Of a stretch of 64,000 bases of DNA, positions 18,879 through 28,409 are shown one piece after another. The stretch's first letter is position 1; each line of letters starts with the position of its first letter. The stretch lies in contig JACOXB010000010.1 of assembly GCA_016176505.1 (NCBI GenBank), forward strand, positions 27,021 through 91,020, written 5' to 3'. Source of the DNA: Candidatus Colwellbacteria bacterium (GTDB lineage Bacteria; Patescibacteriota; Minisyncoccia; UBA6257; Colwellbacteraceae). Under the pieces are notes generated by a model. It saw only the letters and a list, made by a program, of their open reading frames with translations, did not search any database and was not told the DNA's origin. The translations under genes and the position numbers were made by a program.

Positions 18879-20115
18879 TTTTTTCTAAAAAGACTCTTAA
18901 CATTGTTCGGGTAATTAAAATAGCTGAGAACATACTGACGAGAACACCGAGCCCCAGGGTCAGGGCAAAGCCTTTAACAAAACTGGTGGTGAAGTAATAA
19001 AGAATGGCTGAGGTGATGATGGTGCTCATATTCGAATCTCTGATTGAGGGCCAGGCTCGGCGAAAACCTTCCTCAATTGCTTCTTCCCGGGCCAGTCCCC
19101 TTTTCTTTTCCTCTTTGGTTCGCTCGAAAATCAGGATATTGGCATCAACGGCCATGCCGATCGAGAGAATAAAACCAGCAATTCCAGCCAAGGTCATGGT
19201 GAAGTTCGGAATCACTTTAAATAAAGCCAAGGCTAAAACAGCGTAGATTGAAAGAGCGAGCACTGCAAAAATACCAAAAAGCCGGTAATAAATAATCATG
19301 AAAAGAGCCACCAAGGCAGTACCGATTAAACCGGCGGTAATAATATCGCGCAGGGCATCAGTCGCCGCGGTTGGACTGACGGTTCGCTGGTTAATCAGCT
19401 TAATTGGCGCGGCCAGGGCGCCGGCGTTAAAGCGTTCAACCAAAGTGCGGGCTTCATCAGCGCTAAATCCGGCCCCGCCGCCGGAAATTTGAGCCCGGCC
19501 GCCAGTGATTTTCTCCTGAACAATCGGCGCGTCTTTAATTTCATTATCAAGAAAAATAGCCAGTGGTTTACCGACGTTTCGAGCGGTTATTTCTTCGAAA
19601 AGTTTGGCTCCTTCTTCGTTGAACTCAAGAGTGACTATCGGTTTATTTAATTGATCAAAAGCGATATTGGCTGATTTGATATAGCGACCGGTGAGTTCGG
19701 TCGGCACGTAAACGATTTGATCATCGATCTGAACCACTTCCCGGAAGTCCAAAATCGGTGTTTCGCCAATCAGGCGCACTGCCTCTTTTAAATCTTTCAC
19801 TCCGGCCAAATCAACCAGCAGTTCATAATTATCCCCTTTCTGGGCAATGGTTACTTTCGGTTCGGTCACGCCGAAAATATTAACCCGCTTCTCAATTACT
19901 TCTTTAAGGCCAGCGACTGTATCGTCGTGCCGGTCCGCTGGAATACCGGATAAATCAACTTGGTAAACCAAGCTCGTGCCGCCAACTAAATCAAGCCCTA
20001 ACCGCCACGGCAAATACTTGCTTCCAAAATAACGCGGATAAACAAAAAATCCCGCCAAGACCGAGAGCAGAATAACAAAGACAAGAATGAATAGACTGAT
20101 TTTCCAGGATTTCAT
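18862..20115 (-). CDS. secD: Protein translocase subunit SecD
   Basis: LGLDLVGG, GMAVDANILIFER, SIRDSN, KGFALTL. Confidence 0.95.
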   Translation of the reverse strand: MKSWKISLFILVFVILLSVLAGFFVYPRYFGSKYLPWRLGLDLVGGTSLVYQVDLSGIPADRHDDTVAGLKEVIEKRVNIFGVTEPKVTIAQKGDNYELLVDLAGVKDLKEAVRLIGETPILDFREVVQIDDQIVYVPTELTGRYIKSANIAFDQLNKPIVTLEFNEEGAKLFEEITARNVGKPLAIFLDNEIKDAPIVQEKITGGRAQISGGGAGFSADEARTLVERFNAGALAAPIKLINQRTVSPTAATDALRDIITAGLIGTALVALFMIIYYRLFGIFAVLALSIYAVLALALFKVIPNFTMTLAGIAGFILSIGMAVDANILIFERTKEEKKRGLAREEAIEEGFRRAWPSIRDSNMSTIITSAILYYFTTSFVKGFALTLGLGVLVSMFSAILITRTMLRVFLEKNGKTA

Positions 20116-20174
20116 AAAATTGCAAATTGCAATTGAGTTTATTATATTGAGAGTCGCTGAGATTGAAAAGTGAA

Positions 20175-20248
20175 CCGCCCGTAGCTCAGCTTGGTAGAGC
20201 AGCTGCCTTTTAAGCAGATGGTCGCAGGTTCGAATCCTGCCGGGCGGA
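20175..20248 (+). tRNA. tRNA-Lys(TTT)
   Basis: Acceptor CCGCCCG/CGGGCGG, anticodon loop ctTTTaa, GGTTCGAATCC T-arm. Confidence 0.93.
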
Positions 20249-20277
20249 CAAAGAATAAATACTCTTTTCCTTTTCTA

Positions 20278-20306
20278 TTGACATCCTTAACGAAATAAGT
20301 TAAAAA
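20278..20306 (+). promoter_or_regulatory. Sigma70 promoter of the Tas-like gene
   Basis: TTGACA-N17-TAAAAA. Confidence 0.6.
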
Positions 20307-20386
20307 GCCGGGGTAGTTGTTTGACAACCTAGACCGGTAAGTTGGAGACAAACTAGAGGAGCCCATCTCCTCAGAAAGGAGCAACG

Positions 20387-21313
20387 ATGACAGCGGTTGA
20401 TGGCAGTGGAGTCAACGGAACGGGATCGCTCCCGTTCCTGGTCGACGCCCAGCTCGCGGTGGAGCAGGTCCGCATCAGGACCCAGGTCCGGAAGAGCCAC
20501 CTGGCTCTGAACGGTCGAGACGACCCGGAAACCGACAGGGTTCTCGAACAGCTCCTCGGAGTCGAGGAGTACGTCGATGGCCGGGTGGCTGAGATCATCC
20601 GGTTCCACCCTGCCTATCCCTGGTTCTCGAAGGTGAAAGGCGTGGGCAACGAGAACATCGGCAAGATCGTGGGTCTCGTGCGCGTCGCGCCCGAAACTGC
20701 GATCGTGGAGAACGAGGACGGCGAAGGAGTCGAGGTCGAGCTCCCCTACGCCAAGACCATCTCGGCGCTGTGGAAGTTCTGCGGCTACCACGTGGTCGAT
20801 GGCAGGGCGCCAAAGAAGAAGCCAGGCGAAAAGCTCGACTTCAACGCCCAAGCTCGCACCATGTGCTGGCGGCTCTCTACCGCCATCACGAAGGCCGGCA
20901 TCCGCCAGTTCTGCACCGAGTGCGACCGCCAACGGCCGCCGAAGAAGGAAGGCAAGGATCCGGTGTGCGAATGCGGTTCGACCAGCTTCGAGTCGCGAGG
21001 CACGAGCAAGTTCGCCGAGCTCTACCTGCGGGAGAAGACGCGGCTCTACCAGGTCTACGCGAACCGCGGCGTAGCCGTGGTGCCAGCTTCCCAGCTCCCG
21101 AAGGATGAGAGGGGCAAGCGGTACGAGCCAGCGAACATGATCTCCGAGGGCCATGTTCACAACCAGGCGCTCCGGAAGATGACCAAGATCTTCCTGGGCT
21201 GCCTGTGGCTCGTGTGGCGCGAGGCCATGGATCTCCCGACTCGCTCGCCCTACGCCATCGAGCAGCTCGGCCACACCACCCTCATCTCCCCCTGGGATAT
21301 GGTGGACAGGTAG
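20387..21313 (+). CDS. IS110/Nop-domain RNA-binding protein, TIGR-associated TasA-like, with zinc-ribbon insertion
   Basis: SD AAGGAG; helical N-terminus; HPAYPWFSKVKGVG, TISALWKFCG, HNQALRKMTKIFL resemble the IS110 C-terminal/Nop fold; no DEDD RuvC or HNH; CTEC...CECG insertion; directly followed by 36-nt dual-repeat arrays. Confidence 0.8.
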   Translation: MTAVDGSGVNGTGSLPFLVDAQLAVEQVRIRTQVRKSHLALNGRDDPETDRVLEQLLGVEEYVDGRVAEIIRFHPAYPWFSKVKGVGNENIGKIVGLVRVAPETAIVENEDGEGVEVELPYAKTISALWKFCGYHVVDGRAPKKKPGEKLDFNAQARTMCWRLSTAITKAGIRQFCTECDRQRPPKKEGKDPVCECGSTSFESRGTSKFAELYLREKTRLYQVYANRGVAVVPASQLPKDERGKRYEPANMISEGHVHNQALRKMTKIFLGCLWLVWREAMDLPTRSPYAIEQLGHTTLISPWDMVDR

Positions 21314-21322
21314 TCGCGACGA

Positions 21323-21403
21323 GAACGAGCTAAGAGAAGTGAGAAACCCATGGAGCGGAAGCGAGCCCAGGTGGCAGAGAAGTCCAAGAGGAACGAGCGA
21401 CAC
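21323..21403 (+). repeat. TIGR-like array 1 (2 units of 36 nt)
   Basis: GAACGAGCT-N9-GAGAAACCC-N9-AAGCGAGCC-N9-GAGAAGTCC-N9-GAGCGACAC, starting 10 nt after the stop codon. Confidence 0.85.
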
Positions 21404-21429
21404 CCCAACGAACCGGTCACGTAGTGCCC

Positions 21430-21467
21430 GAAGAGCGCATAAGCCATATGCGCTCTTCTTCGTTTTT
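21430..21467 (+). terminator. Intrinsic terminator after array 1
   Basis: GAAGAGCGCATA-agcca-TATGCGCTCTTC then TTCGTTTTT. Confidence 0.8.
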
Positions 21468-21494
21468 GACGCCATTATTTAAATGGGTTATATA
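21466..21494 (+). promoter_or_regulatory. Sigma70 promoter of array 2
   Basis: TTGACG-N17-TATATA. Confidence 0.55.
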
Positions 21495-21537
21495 GTTTCT
21501 AGTAAGAGTAGTTGTTTTGACAATTCGGACCGGAGAG

Positions 21538-22662
21538 GAGCGAGCCGATCTCCCTAAGGTAACCAACGTGCGGAAGCGAGTCGGAACTGAAGATAAACCC
21601 AAGGTGAAAGAGCGAGCCGGCCAGAGTGAGAAACCCATTCCCGGCGAGCGAGTCAGGTATCTGTAGAATCCCGTTTGACCAGAGCGAGTCGCCGTGTGGG
21701 AGACTCCCAACAGCCACGAGCGAGCCAAGGGGAAGAAGAATCCCGCCGTAGCTGAGCGAGCCCGACAAGAGAAGAAGCCCATTGCTCTCGAGCGAGCTAA
21801 CCGCCAGGAAAAAACCAATTCGGATGAGCGAGCCTGACAAGGAAAGAAACCCTGGTTGGGAGAGCGAGCCATTCGCGAGTAGATACCTGGCGTACGCGAG
21901 CGAGCCAAGGTAGCGTAGAAACCCAAAGTCGTGGAGCGAGCTAAGAACAAGAAGAACCCCGAGCTACGCGAGCGAGCCGTCCTCTGAAAGAAACCCAAGT
22001 TCGGCAAGCGAGTCATCCTGCCAGAGAAACCCTGTCGGGGTAAGCGAGCCATGAGTCTTGAGTAGACCATGAGGCTTGAGCGAGCCAGCCTATGGGAGAA
22101 CCCCAAGCATCCCGAGCGAGTCAACGTCCAGTAGAAACCCATCCGTCATGAGCGAGCCGTCCTTTCAGAGAAACCCAAGTGCTCACAGCGAGCCGTGAGA
22201 GATGAGACGCCCGTACTACGCAAGCGAGTCAGTCACCGGAAGGAATCCACGATTCTGAAGCGAGCCAGGCAGCAGAAGAAACCCAGAGGATATTAGCGAG
22301 CCACCCTGCGATAGAACCCCACATGGGAGAAGCGAGCCAGCAGAGTCGAGGAACCCGCCATCGATAAGCGAGTCGAACCGCGGAAGAAACCCAAGCTGCT
22401 AGAGCGAGCCATGATACTGAAGTAATCCACAGTATATGAGCGAGCCCTCAAGCATAAGAAATCCGTCACCTGGAAGCGAGCCGTGATAGCAGAGATCCCC
22501 GACTCCACTGAGCGAGCCATGGGCGCTGAGTAACCCAAAAGCGAAAAGCGAGTCATTGTTAGTCAGAAACCCACGATGCCGAAGCGAGCCAGACTGGGAG
22601 AGAAATCCAAACCGAATGAGCGAGCCAGACTTCGCAAGATACCCAAGACGATTGAGCGCTCC
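21538..22662 (+). repeat. TIGR-like array 2 (31 units of 36 nt)
   Basis: Exact 36-nt period with no indels: RAGCGAGYC-N9-NAGAAACCC-N9; degenerate terminal repeat GAGCGCTCC at 22654. Confidence 0.93.
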
Positions 22663-22688
22663 ACCTCAACCGGTCAACCAGTACCCCA

Positions 22689-22722
22689 AAGTGCCATCAT
22701 TACGATGGCACTTCCCATTTTT
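22689..22722 (+). terminator. Intrinsic terminator after array 2
   Basis: AAGTGCCATC-attac-GATGGCACTT then CCCATTTTT. Confidence 0.75.
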
Positions 22723-22774
22723 GGAAAACAAGGTAAAAATCCTTGTAGTCCTTCGATAATCAAAGACCGGAAAG

Positions 22775-23143
22775 GAGCGAGCCGACCAGCCGCAGAAATC
22801 CATCGTTGACAAGCGAGCCAACCTCCCAGAGAAACCCAGAGTACACGAGCGAGCCATCCTCTGAGAGGAACCTAAGTTCGGCAAGCGAGTCACTATTCAC
22901 GAGAACCCTAAGGCCCCTAAGCGAGTCACGGCGTCAAAGAAACCCGAAGTTCTAGAACGAGTCATACATGGCGAGTATCCCAACCAGCCGAAGCGAGTCA
23001 TCGTTCGCTAGGAACCCACGGTACTCGAGCGAGTCGACATGTGGGAGACCCCCAATAGTGGCAAGCGAGCCGTCATGCCAAAGAAATCCAATGCCGGGAA
23101 GCGAGCCATATCAGAGGAGAAGCCCACGCTACTGAAGCGCCCC
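22775..23143 (+). repeat. TIGR-like array 3 (10 units of 36 nt)
   Basis: Same two repeats and 9-nt variable segments; terminal repeat AAGCGCCCC at 23135. Confidence 0.92.
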
Positions 23144-23166
23144 TCACCGGTCACCCGCACCTTGCA

Positions 23167-23199
23167 AAGCCCACCATCCAGGTGGGCTTCCGCATTTTT
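23167..23199 (+). terminator. Intrinsic terminator after array 3
   Basis: AAGCCCACC-atcca-GGTGGGCTT then CCGCATTTTT. Confidence 0.75.
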
Positions 23200-23342
23200 A
23201 CGTACCGAGGTACGTACTTATTTACGTAAATAAGTTAGGTGTTTTGACCTGTCTGCCGACAGGCAGGCGCGTCACAGCACTATGACGTAGCATAGTCTTG
23301 CTCAGTAGCATGCTACTGAGCATGCCAATAAAAACAATAACA

Positions 23343-23508
23343 GCGTTTCCCTCGTTTCTTGGAGCCAACATCTCGGAAGAACAGGTATAAATTCCCGAGC
23401 GAGCCGCGTGGCGAGCCAGGCCCCGCGTAGCAGGGTGGCGGAGCAGCGTGCGAGCGAGAATAATTTGTTTGGGCTGGAGAGCGTTGGCGAAAGAAATGAG
23501 GAAAACGC
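23343..23508. repeat. Intergenic palindromic element (related copy at 46165-46333)
   Basis: Imperfect terminal inverted repeats; core GCGAGCCAGGCCCCGCGTAGCAGGGTGGCG shared with the second copy. Confidence 0.75.
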
Positions 23509-23510
23509 CC

Positions 23511-24578
23511 CTATTCCAACTCTTTCCTCAAATCCTCAAGTAATTTTTTAGCTTTAGAGTTTAAGTGTTTTGGGGTTTTGGCTTGGAGTTTGATGACGAG
23601 ATCGCTGTCTTTTGTCATCCCCTGGCCTCGAACCCTTATCTCTTCATTCAAATCAGAACCAGGCGGCACCGCCACTTCAATCTCTTTGCCTTCAAGCGTT
23701 TTCACTTTTAATTTCTTGCCTAAGAGCAAATCAACCAGACTGACCATAATCGGGCGGTGATATAAATCATTCCCCTGCCGTTCAAAAACCGGATGAGGCT
23801 TTACTCGAACTCGAACATATAAATCGCCTGTGCCGGCCTGGCGCTCGCCCGCCTCGCCCATACCCTTGACTCTAATTATCTGGCCATTTGCTACGCCAGC
23901 TCGAACCTCCACTTTAATCTTTTTCTTGCCCTTAACCCGGCCTTCACCCCGACACTCAGCACACATTTCATTCGGAATCTGACCCAAACCGCGGCAGAAC
24001 TTACAAGCAACTACTTGAGAAAAACTGCCGAAGAAAGTGTTTTTAGCTTCTTTAATTTCGCCTCGGCCATCACAATAATCACATTTCTTTAAGCCAGCTT
24101 CGGCTTTATAACCCAAACCAGCACACTTAGCACACTCGACCTGAGTCGCAAATTCAACTTCAGCCATTTTACCGGTTTTCGCTTCTTCTAAAGTCAGTTC
24201 AAGGCCCAATTCAAGATCTGAACCCCGGCGATAAGTGCGCCGCTTCTTGCCTAAGCCCAGACCTTCAAAAAACGCGCCAAAAACTTCTTCAAGATCACCT
24301 AAATCACCAATATCGCCAAAGTCCACGCTCCAACCCCAGGGCGCACTAGCCCCGCCGCCGGGAACCCCTCGGTCAAAAACTTGACCAAATTGATCATACT
24401 GACGCCGCTTCTGGTCATCCGAAAGCACCTGATAAGCCTCGTTAATCTCCTTAAATTTCTTATCATCGCCGTTCGACTTATCCGGATGATATTGATGAGC
24501 CAAGCGGCGATAGGCCTTTTTAATCTCTTCCTTTGAGGCGTTTTTCGAAACACCCAAAGCCTCGTAATAGTCTTTCAT
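23511..24578 (-). CDS. dnaJ: Chaperone DnaJ
   Basis: KDYY, HPD motif, four CxxCxGxG repeats; start set to ATG 24578. Confidence 0.95.
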   Translation of the reverse strand: MKDYYEALGVSKNASKEEIKKAYRRLAHQYHPDKSNGDDKKFKEINEAYQVLSDDQKRRQYDQFGQVFDRGVPGGGASAPWGWSVDFGDIGDLGDLEEVFGAFFEGLGLGKKRRTYRRGSDLELGLELTLEEAKTGKMAEVEFATQVECAKCAGLGYKAEAGLKKCDYCDGRGEIKEAKNTFFGSFSQVVACKFCRGLGQIPNEMCAECRGEGRVKGKKKIKVEVRAGVANGQIIRVKGMGEAGERQAGTGDLYVRVRVKPHPVFERQGNDLYHRPIMVSLVDLLLGKKLKVKTLEGKEIEVAVPPGSDLNEEIRVRGQGMTKDSDLVIKLQAKTPKHLNSKAKKLLEDLRKELE

Positions 24579-24600
24579 AGACGCGAGTATTATAAAATGG

Positions 24601-25554
24601 CTATCTAATCGAGACAACCTCGCGGCTGCCGACCTCAAGTTGAACCACCACGGAGTTGGTGGCCAAAAGCACTTCGTAAATAATAAAAGCTAAGAGGGCG
24701 AGCGGCAGATAAAGAATAAACTCCAAGCTTTTAACTGAAATCCAGATAATACCAACGAGGGCTAGGGCTAGGTAGAATTTAGCCTGCGGGGTTAAACCGG
24801 CGAGCTTAAACGAAATGACATTATAGATATTGCCGGCCACGGTTTCTCCGGGGTCGATCTCAGCCCCTAAAAATTCTTCAAGCCCTTTTTCAGTCTCAAC
24901 TGCCGATTGATTAACGAATTCGTTTTTAGCCTGCGGCGGCAAGTTAGTAAATTCTGCTTGCCCGGCTAAACTCGACTGAGCCATGCTTTTCATAAAATCA
25001 CCAGTCTTCATCTCGGGTGTAAAAGCCGGAACATAATGCCGAAGTACGGGCGCTGCCGCGACCTCAACGAAACGGTCAACGCTTTCCCTTCTCACGGCAA
25101 AGTCGTTATTCAAAATAAGGAGCAAGCCAAAGAAAATAACTACGGCCGTAATCGCGGGACCCAAAATCATTCGGCTTGCTTTAAAGAAATGGAGCTTAAT
25201 CATATTCTGCATTTCCCGCTTCCCCCGATAACCAGCAAAAGCAAGAACCACAGCCAGAAAAATAGTGGCTCCGACTAAATACCAAGAGAATGAACCGTAG
25301 AAAAATAAAGCAAGCCCGATAACATTGCCGAGCAAGGCCCAAGCCAAGTAGTAACCCTCATCAAGGAGCATCACCTCAATAATGAAAAAGGCAAGATAAA
25401 TAACAACGAGAAATATCCCGAGCGCCACCCGATCGATACTAAAGAAATATCCGCTCGCTAAAGCAATAAGGCTCGATAAACCAATTAAAAAGTAAACCTT
25501 ATAAGCAATTGGGGAACGGGTTTCGCTAACTACTGCTTTCGGGAGTTCCACCAT
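24601..25554 (-). CDS. Hypothetical multi-pass membrane protein within the dnaK operon
   Basis: About 6-7 hydrophobic helices; overlaps dnaK stop. Confidence 0.75.
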   Translation of the reverse strand: MVELPKAVVSETRSPIAYKVYFLIGLSSLIALASGYFFSIDRVALGIFLVVIYLAFFIIEVMLLDEGYYLAWALLGNVIGLALFFYGSFSWYLVGATIFLAVVLAFAGYRGKREMQNMIKLHFFKASRMILGPAITAVVIFFGLLLILNNDFAVRRESVDRFVEVAAAPVLRHYVPAFTPEMKTGDFMKSMAQSSLAGQAEFTNLPPQAKNEFVNQSAVETEKGLEEFLGAEIDPGETVAGNIYNVISFKLAGLTPQAKFYLALALVGIIWISVKSLEFILYLPLALLAFIIYEVLLATNSVVVQLEVGSREVVSIR

Positions 25555-27376
25555 CTTCCTTATCTTTATATAATGACTCGCCTATCTTTTGAAGTGCAGA
25601 AGAAAGATTTTGAGCAGCGGTTTCGATTTCGGTTTTATTACTGCCAACGATGGCCTTTTTCAATTCCTCAATTTTAGCGCTGACTTCTTCTTTCAACTCA
25701 GGTTTAATCTTGGCTTCGTTATCTTTAAGGGATTTCTCGGCCGTATAAACAAGGGCTTCGGCCTGATTCCTGGCCTCAGCTAATTCTTTTTTAGCTCTAT
25801 CTTCGCTCGCGTGAGCAGATGCCTCTTGTTTCAACCGCTCAACTTCTTCTTTGCTTAAGGCGGTTGAAGCTTTAATTCTTACTTCGTGGGTTTTCCCGGT
25901 GGCCTTATCAACAGCTTTCACATTCAAGATGCCATTCGCGTCAATATCAAAAGTCACCTCAATCTGGGGCATGCCTCGGGCAGCCGGCGGAATACCCTCA
26001 AGCTTAAATAAGGCCAGGGTTTTATTATCAGCCGCCATCTCTCTTTCGCCTTGAAGCACGTGGATCTCAACCGAAGTTTGATTATCAGCCGCGGTTGAAA
26101 AAATCTGAGTTTTGGCTGTCGGAACAGTCGTATTTTTATCAACTAATCTCGTAAAAATGCCGCCGAGGGTTTCAAGCCCTAAAGAAAGCGGGGTGACATC
26201 GAGCAGGAGCACGTCTTTAATATCGCCTTGGAAAATGCCAGCCTGGACTGCCGCGCCAACCGCCACCACTTCGTCTGGATTAATCGAAAGATGCGGCTCT
26301 TTGTGAAATAGATTTTTGACTGCTTCCCGCATGGCCGGCATTCGGGTCTGGCCGCCAACTAAGATCAGTTCGTCAATGTCTTCGAGTTTAAGACCAGCGC
26401 CTTTGGGCGGGGCGGCTGTTACCGTTTCTTTCACTAGCTCGATCGAGCGGTCGATATACTCCCGCACTAATTCTTCAAGTTTGGCCCGAGTCAGCTTCAT
26501 TAAGAAATGTTTAGGACCTGAAGCATCAGAGCTGATATAGGGCAAATTGATTTCTGTTTCGAGCGAAGTTGAAAGTTCGTGTTTAGCTCGCTCAACAGCT
26601 TCTTTTAAGCGCTGAAGCGCGAGTGGGTCTTTACTAATATCAATACCTTCGCGGCTTTTGTACTCTTTGACAAGCTCATCAATGATTTTTTTGTCAAAAT
26701 CATCGCCGCCCAAGTGTGTGTCGCCGCCAGTGGCTTTGACCTCAACCACATTGTCGCCGACCTCAAGCACGGAAATGTCAAAAGTGCCACCGCCAAAATC
26801 ATAAACCACAATCTGCTCATTCTTTTGCTTATCAAGCCCGTAAGCCAAAGCAGCCGCAGTCGGCTCATTAATAATCCGCTTAACCTTAAATCCGGCAATC
26901 TCGCCGGCGTTCTTCGTGGCTTGTCTTTGAGAATCGTCAAAATAAGCCGGCACGGTGATCACTGCTTCTTCAATTGTTTCGCCGAGCTTGGCTTCGGCAT
27001 CAGCCTTTAATTTCGCAAGCACCATGGCGGAAATTTCCTCGGGCTTATACCAACGGTCGGACATTTTTATCTCCACGCCGCCATCAGCCGCCTCCCTTAG
27101 TTCAAACGGGAGCCATTCTTTGTCGCGCCCGACTGCCGGATCGGAGAAACGCCGGCCAATCAGCCGTTTTACTGAAGAAATCGTGTTTTCCGGATTGGTA
27201 ATAGACTGTCTTTTGGCGAGGAGTCCGACCAACCTTTCGCCAGAACGGGAAATAGCAACTACTGATGGCGTGGTGCGATTACCCTCGCTATTTTCTAAAA
27301 TCCGCGGCTCGCCACCTTCGACTACAGCCATAGCGGAGTTGGTCGTACCCAAATCAATTCCTAGTATTTTGGCCAT
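25526..27376 (-). CDS. dnaK: Chaperone DnaK
   Basis: [30 protein letters not shown]. Confidence 0.98.
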   Translation of the reverse strand: MAKILGIDLGTTNSAMAVVEGGEPRILENSEGNRTTPSVVAISRSGERLVGLLAKRQSITNPENTISSVKRLIGRRFSDPAVGRDKEWLPFELREAADGGVEIKMSDRWYKPEEISAMVLAKLKADAEAKLGETIEEAVITVPAYFDDSQRQATKNAGEIAGFKVKRIINEPTAAALAYGLDKQKNEQIVVYDFGGGTFDISVLEVGDNVVEVKATGGDTHLGGDDFDKKIIDELVKEYKSREGIDISKDPLALQRLKEAVERAKHELSTSLETEINLPYISSDASGPKHFLMKLTRAKLEELVREYIDRSIELVKETVTAAPPKGAGLKLEDIDELILVGGQTRMPAMREAVKNLFHKEPHLSINPDEVVAVGAAVQAGIFQGDIKDVLLLDVTPLSLGLETLGGIFTRLVDKNTTVPTAKTQIFSTAADNQTSVEIHVLQGEREMAADNKTLALFKLEGIPPAARGMPQIEVTFDIDANGILNVKAVDKATGKTHEVRIKASTALSKEEVERLKQEASAHASEDRAKKELAEARNQAEALVYTAEKSLKDNEAKIKPELKEEVSAKIEELKKAIVGSNKTEIETAAQNLSSALQKIGESLYKDKEDGGTPESSS

Positions 27377-27381
27377 ACTTT

Positions 27382-27876
27382 TTATTTGAATACTCTAACT
27401 TTAGTCGGACGTAAGACCTTGTCGTTAAAAAGATAGCCAGCTTCCAGCTCTTCGGCAATAGTATTCGCTTCGCCTCCCTCAACCGTTGTCACGGCCTCGT
27501 GAAGCGCCGGATTAAAAACTTCGCCTTTTTTAACCTCGATCCTTTGAAGTCCCCTTTTTCTTAAAATATCTTCCAAACGTGATTTAATTAAATAAATCCC
27601 CTTCTCAACCGCCTCATCTTTTTTAAGAGTCACGAGAGCCAGATCAAAAGAATCAAGCACTGAAAGTAATTCGAGAACTAAATCAGCATTGCCGAATCTA
27701 GCTACTTCTTCTAATCTTTTTAATTCCTCTTTTTTGTAATTAATAAGATCGGCCTTGGCTCTTTGCCAGCCAGCCAAATACTCATCCCGCTCTTTAGTCA
27801 GGCGCTCGACCTCTGTTTCCGGCCCTTTCTTATCTTTCTCTTTTTCTTCTCCAGCTTTCTTTTCCTTTTCGGGCAT
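27382..27876 (-). CDS. grpE: Nucleotide exchange factor GrpE
   Basis: [22 protein letters not shown]...VLRP. Confidence 0.93.
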   Translation of the reverse strand: MPEKEKKAGEEKEKDKKGPETEVERLTKERDEYLAGWQRAKADLINYKKEELKRLEEVARFGNADLVLELLSVLDSFDLALVTLKKDEAVEKGIYLIKSRLEDILRKRGLQRIEVKKGEVFNPALHEAVTTVEGGEANTIAEELEAGYLFNDKVLRPTKVRVFK

Positions 27877-28004
27877 AATTAATCCTTCAATTGCGAAATT
27901 TAGCGAAGCGCAAGTCTTCTGTCAAGATTTCATTATAATTTTAAAAATGCGAAAGCCCCTGCGTGTAAGCCGAATGCTTTCGCATCCCCCTCGCACACAG
28001 GGGT

Positions 28005-28409
28005 CTATCCCTCTCCATCTTCCTCCGCCATCTCGCTCATCGCACTCGGCGCATGGAACACGAGTTCCGGATGCTTGAACTCCTCTAGCTGAAGAACGGC
28101 GTAGTAGTGGTTGAGAGCCGATGGCAGGAGATCCTTCTCCAGGAACATCGCGAGGAGAGCCCGGTTTTCCGCTGGGGTTCTGGCGAACTCATTGATCCGA
28201 GGAACGATCTTCTCGAAGAAGAACTCGTTGGCCCTCGTCACGGGTGCGTCTCGCCTCGACTTGTGGTTCAGGAAGGCGACGATCGCCTCCGCAAGACGCA
28301 GAAGGAAACGCCCTCCAGCCTCTTCAGCCGCTGCTTCCCAGACTTGCCACATCAGCTCTTGGCGGAGCTTCTGACGCGCCATATCCCTGACGATCCACGC
28401 CTCTGTCAC
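28005..28409 (-). CDS. Hypothetical protein (GC-rich cassette)
   Basis: SD GGAGGTG; promoter TTGACT-N17-TATTAA at 28457-28485; hairpin plus CTTTCGCATTTTT tail. Confidence 0.65.
   Translation of the reverse strand: MTEAWIVRDMARQKLRQELMWQVWEAAAEEAGGRFLLRLAEAIVAFLNHKSRRDAPVTRANEFFFEKIVPRINEFARTPAENRALLAMFLEKDLLPSALNHYYAVLQLEEFKHPELVFHAPSAMSEMAEEDGEG

Noticed and set aside
20387-21313. Active IS110 transposase
   Set aside because: The N-terminal DEDD RuvC-like domain and catalytic serine loop are absent; the flanking RNA is a multi-unit array rather than a single bridge RNA.
21368-21376. Spacer CAGGTGGCA matches tRNA-Tyr (self-targeting)
   Set aside because: A single 9-nt match is expected by chance in 64 kb, and the partner spacer does not match next to it.
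20300-21475. 391-aa minus-strand ORF
   Set aside because: Antisense shadow of the GC-rich Tas-like gene with no recognisable motifs.
21323-23143. CRISPR array
   Set aside because: Two alternating 9-nt repeats with 9-nt variable segments are far shorter than CRISPR repeats and spacers, and no cas genes are present.
21250-23233. ORFs over the arrays (e.g. 21417-22142 minus, repeating ARS...GF)
   Set aside because: These are by-products of a 36-nt period; they lack SD and start context, are broken by stops, and the promoters and terminators point to the plus strand.
20175-23510. Prophage or integrative element at tRNA-Lys
   Set aside because: No integrase or phage structural genes, and no duplicated tRNA-Lys 3' end was found at the far boundary.
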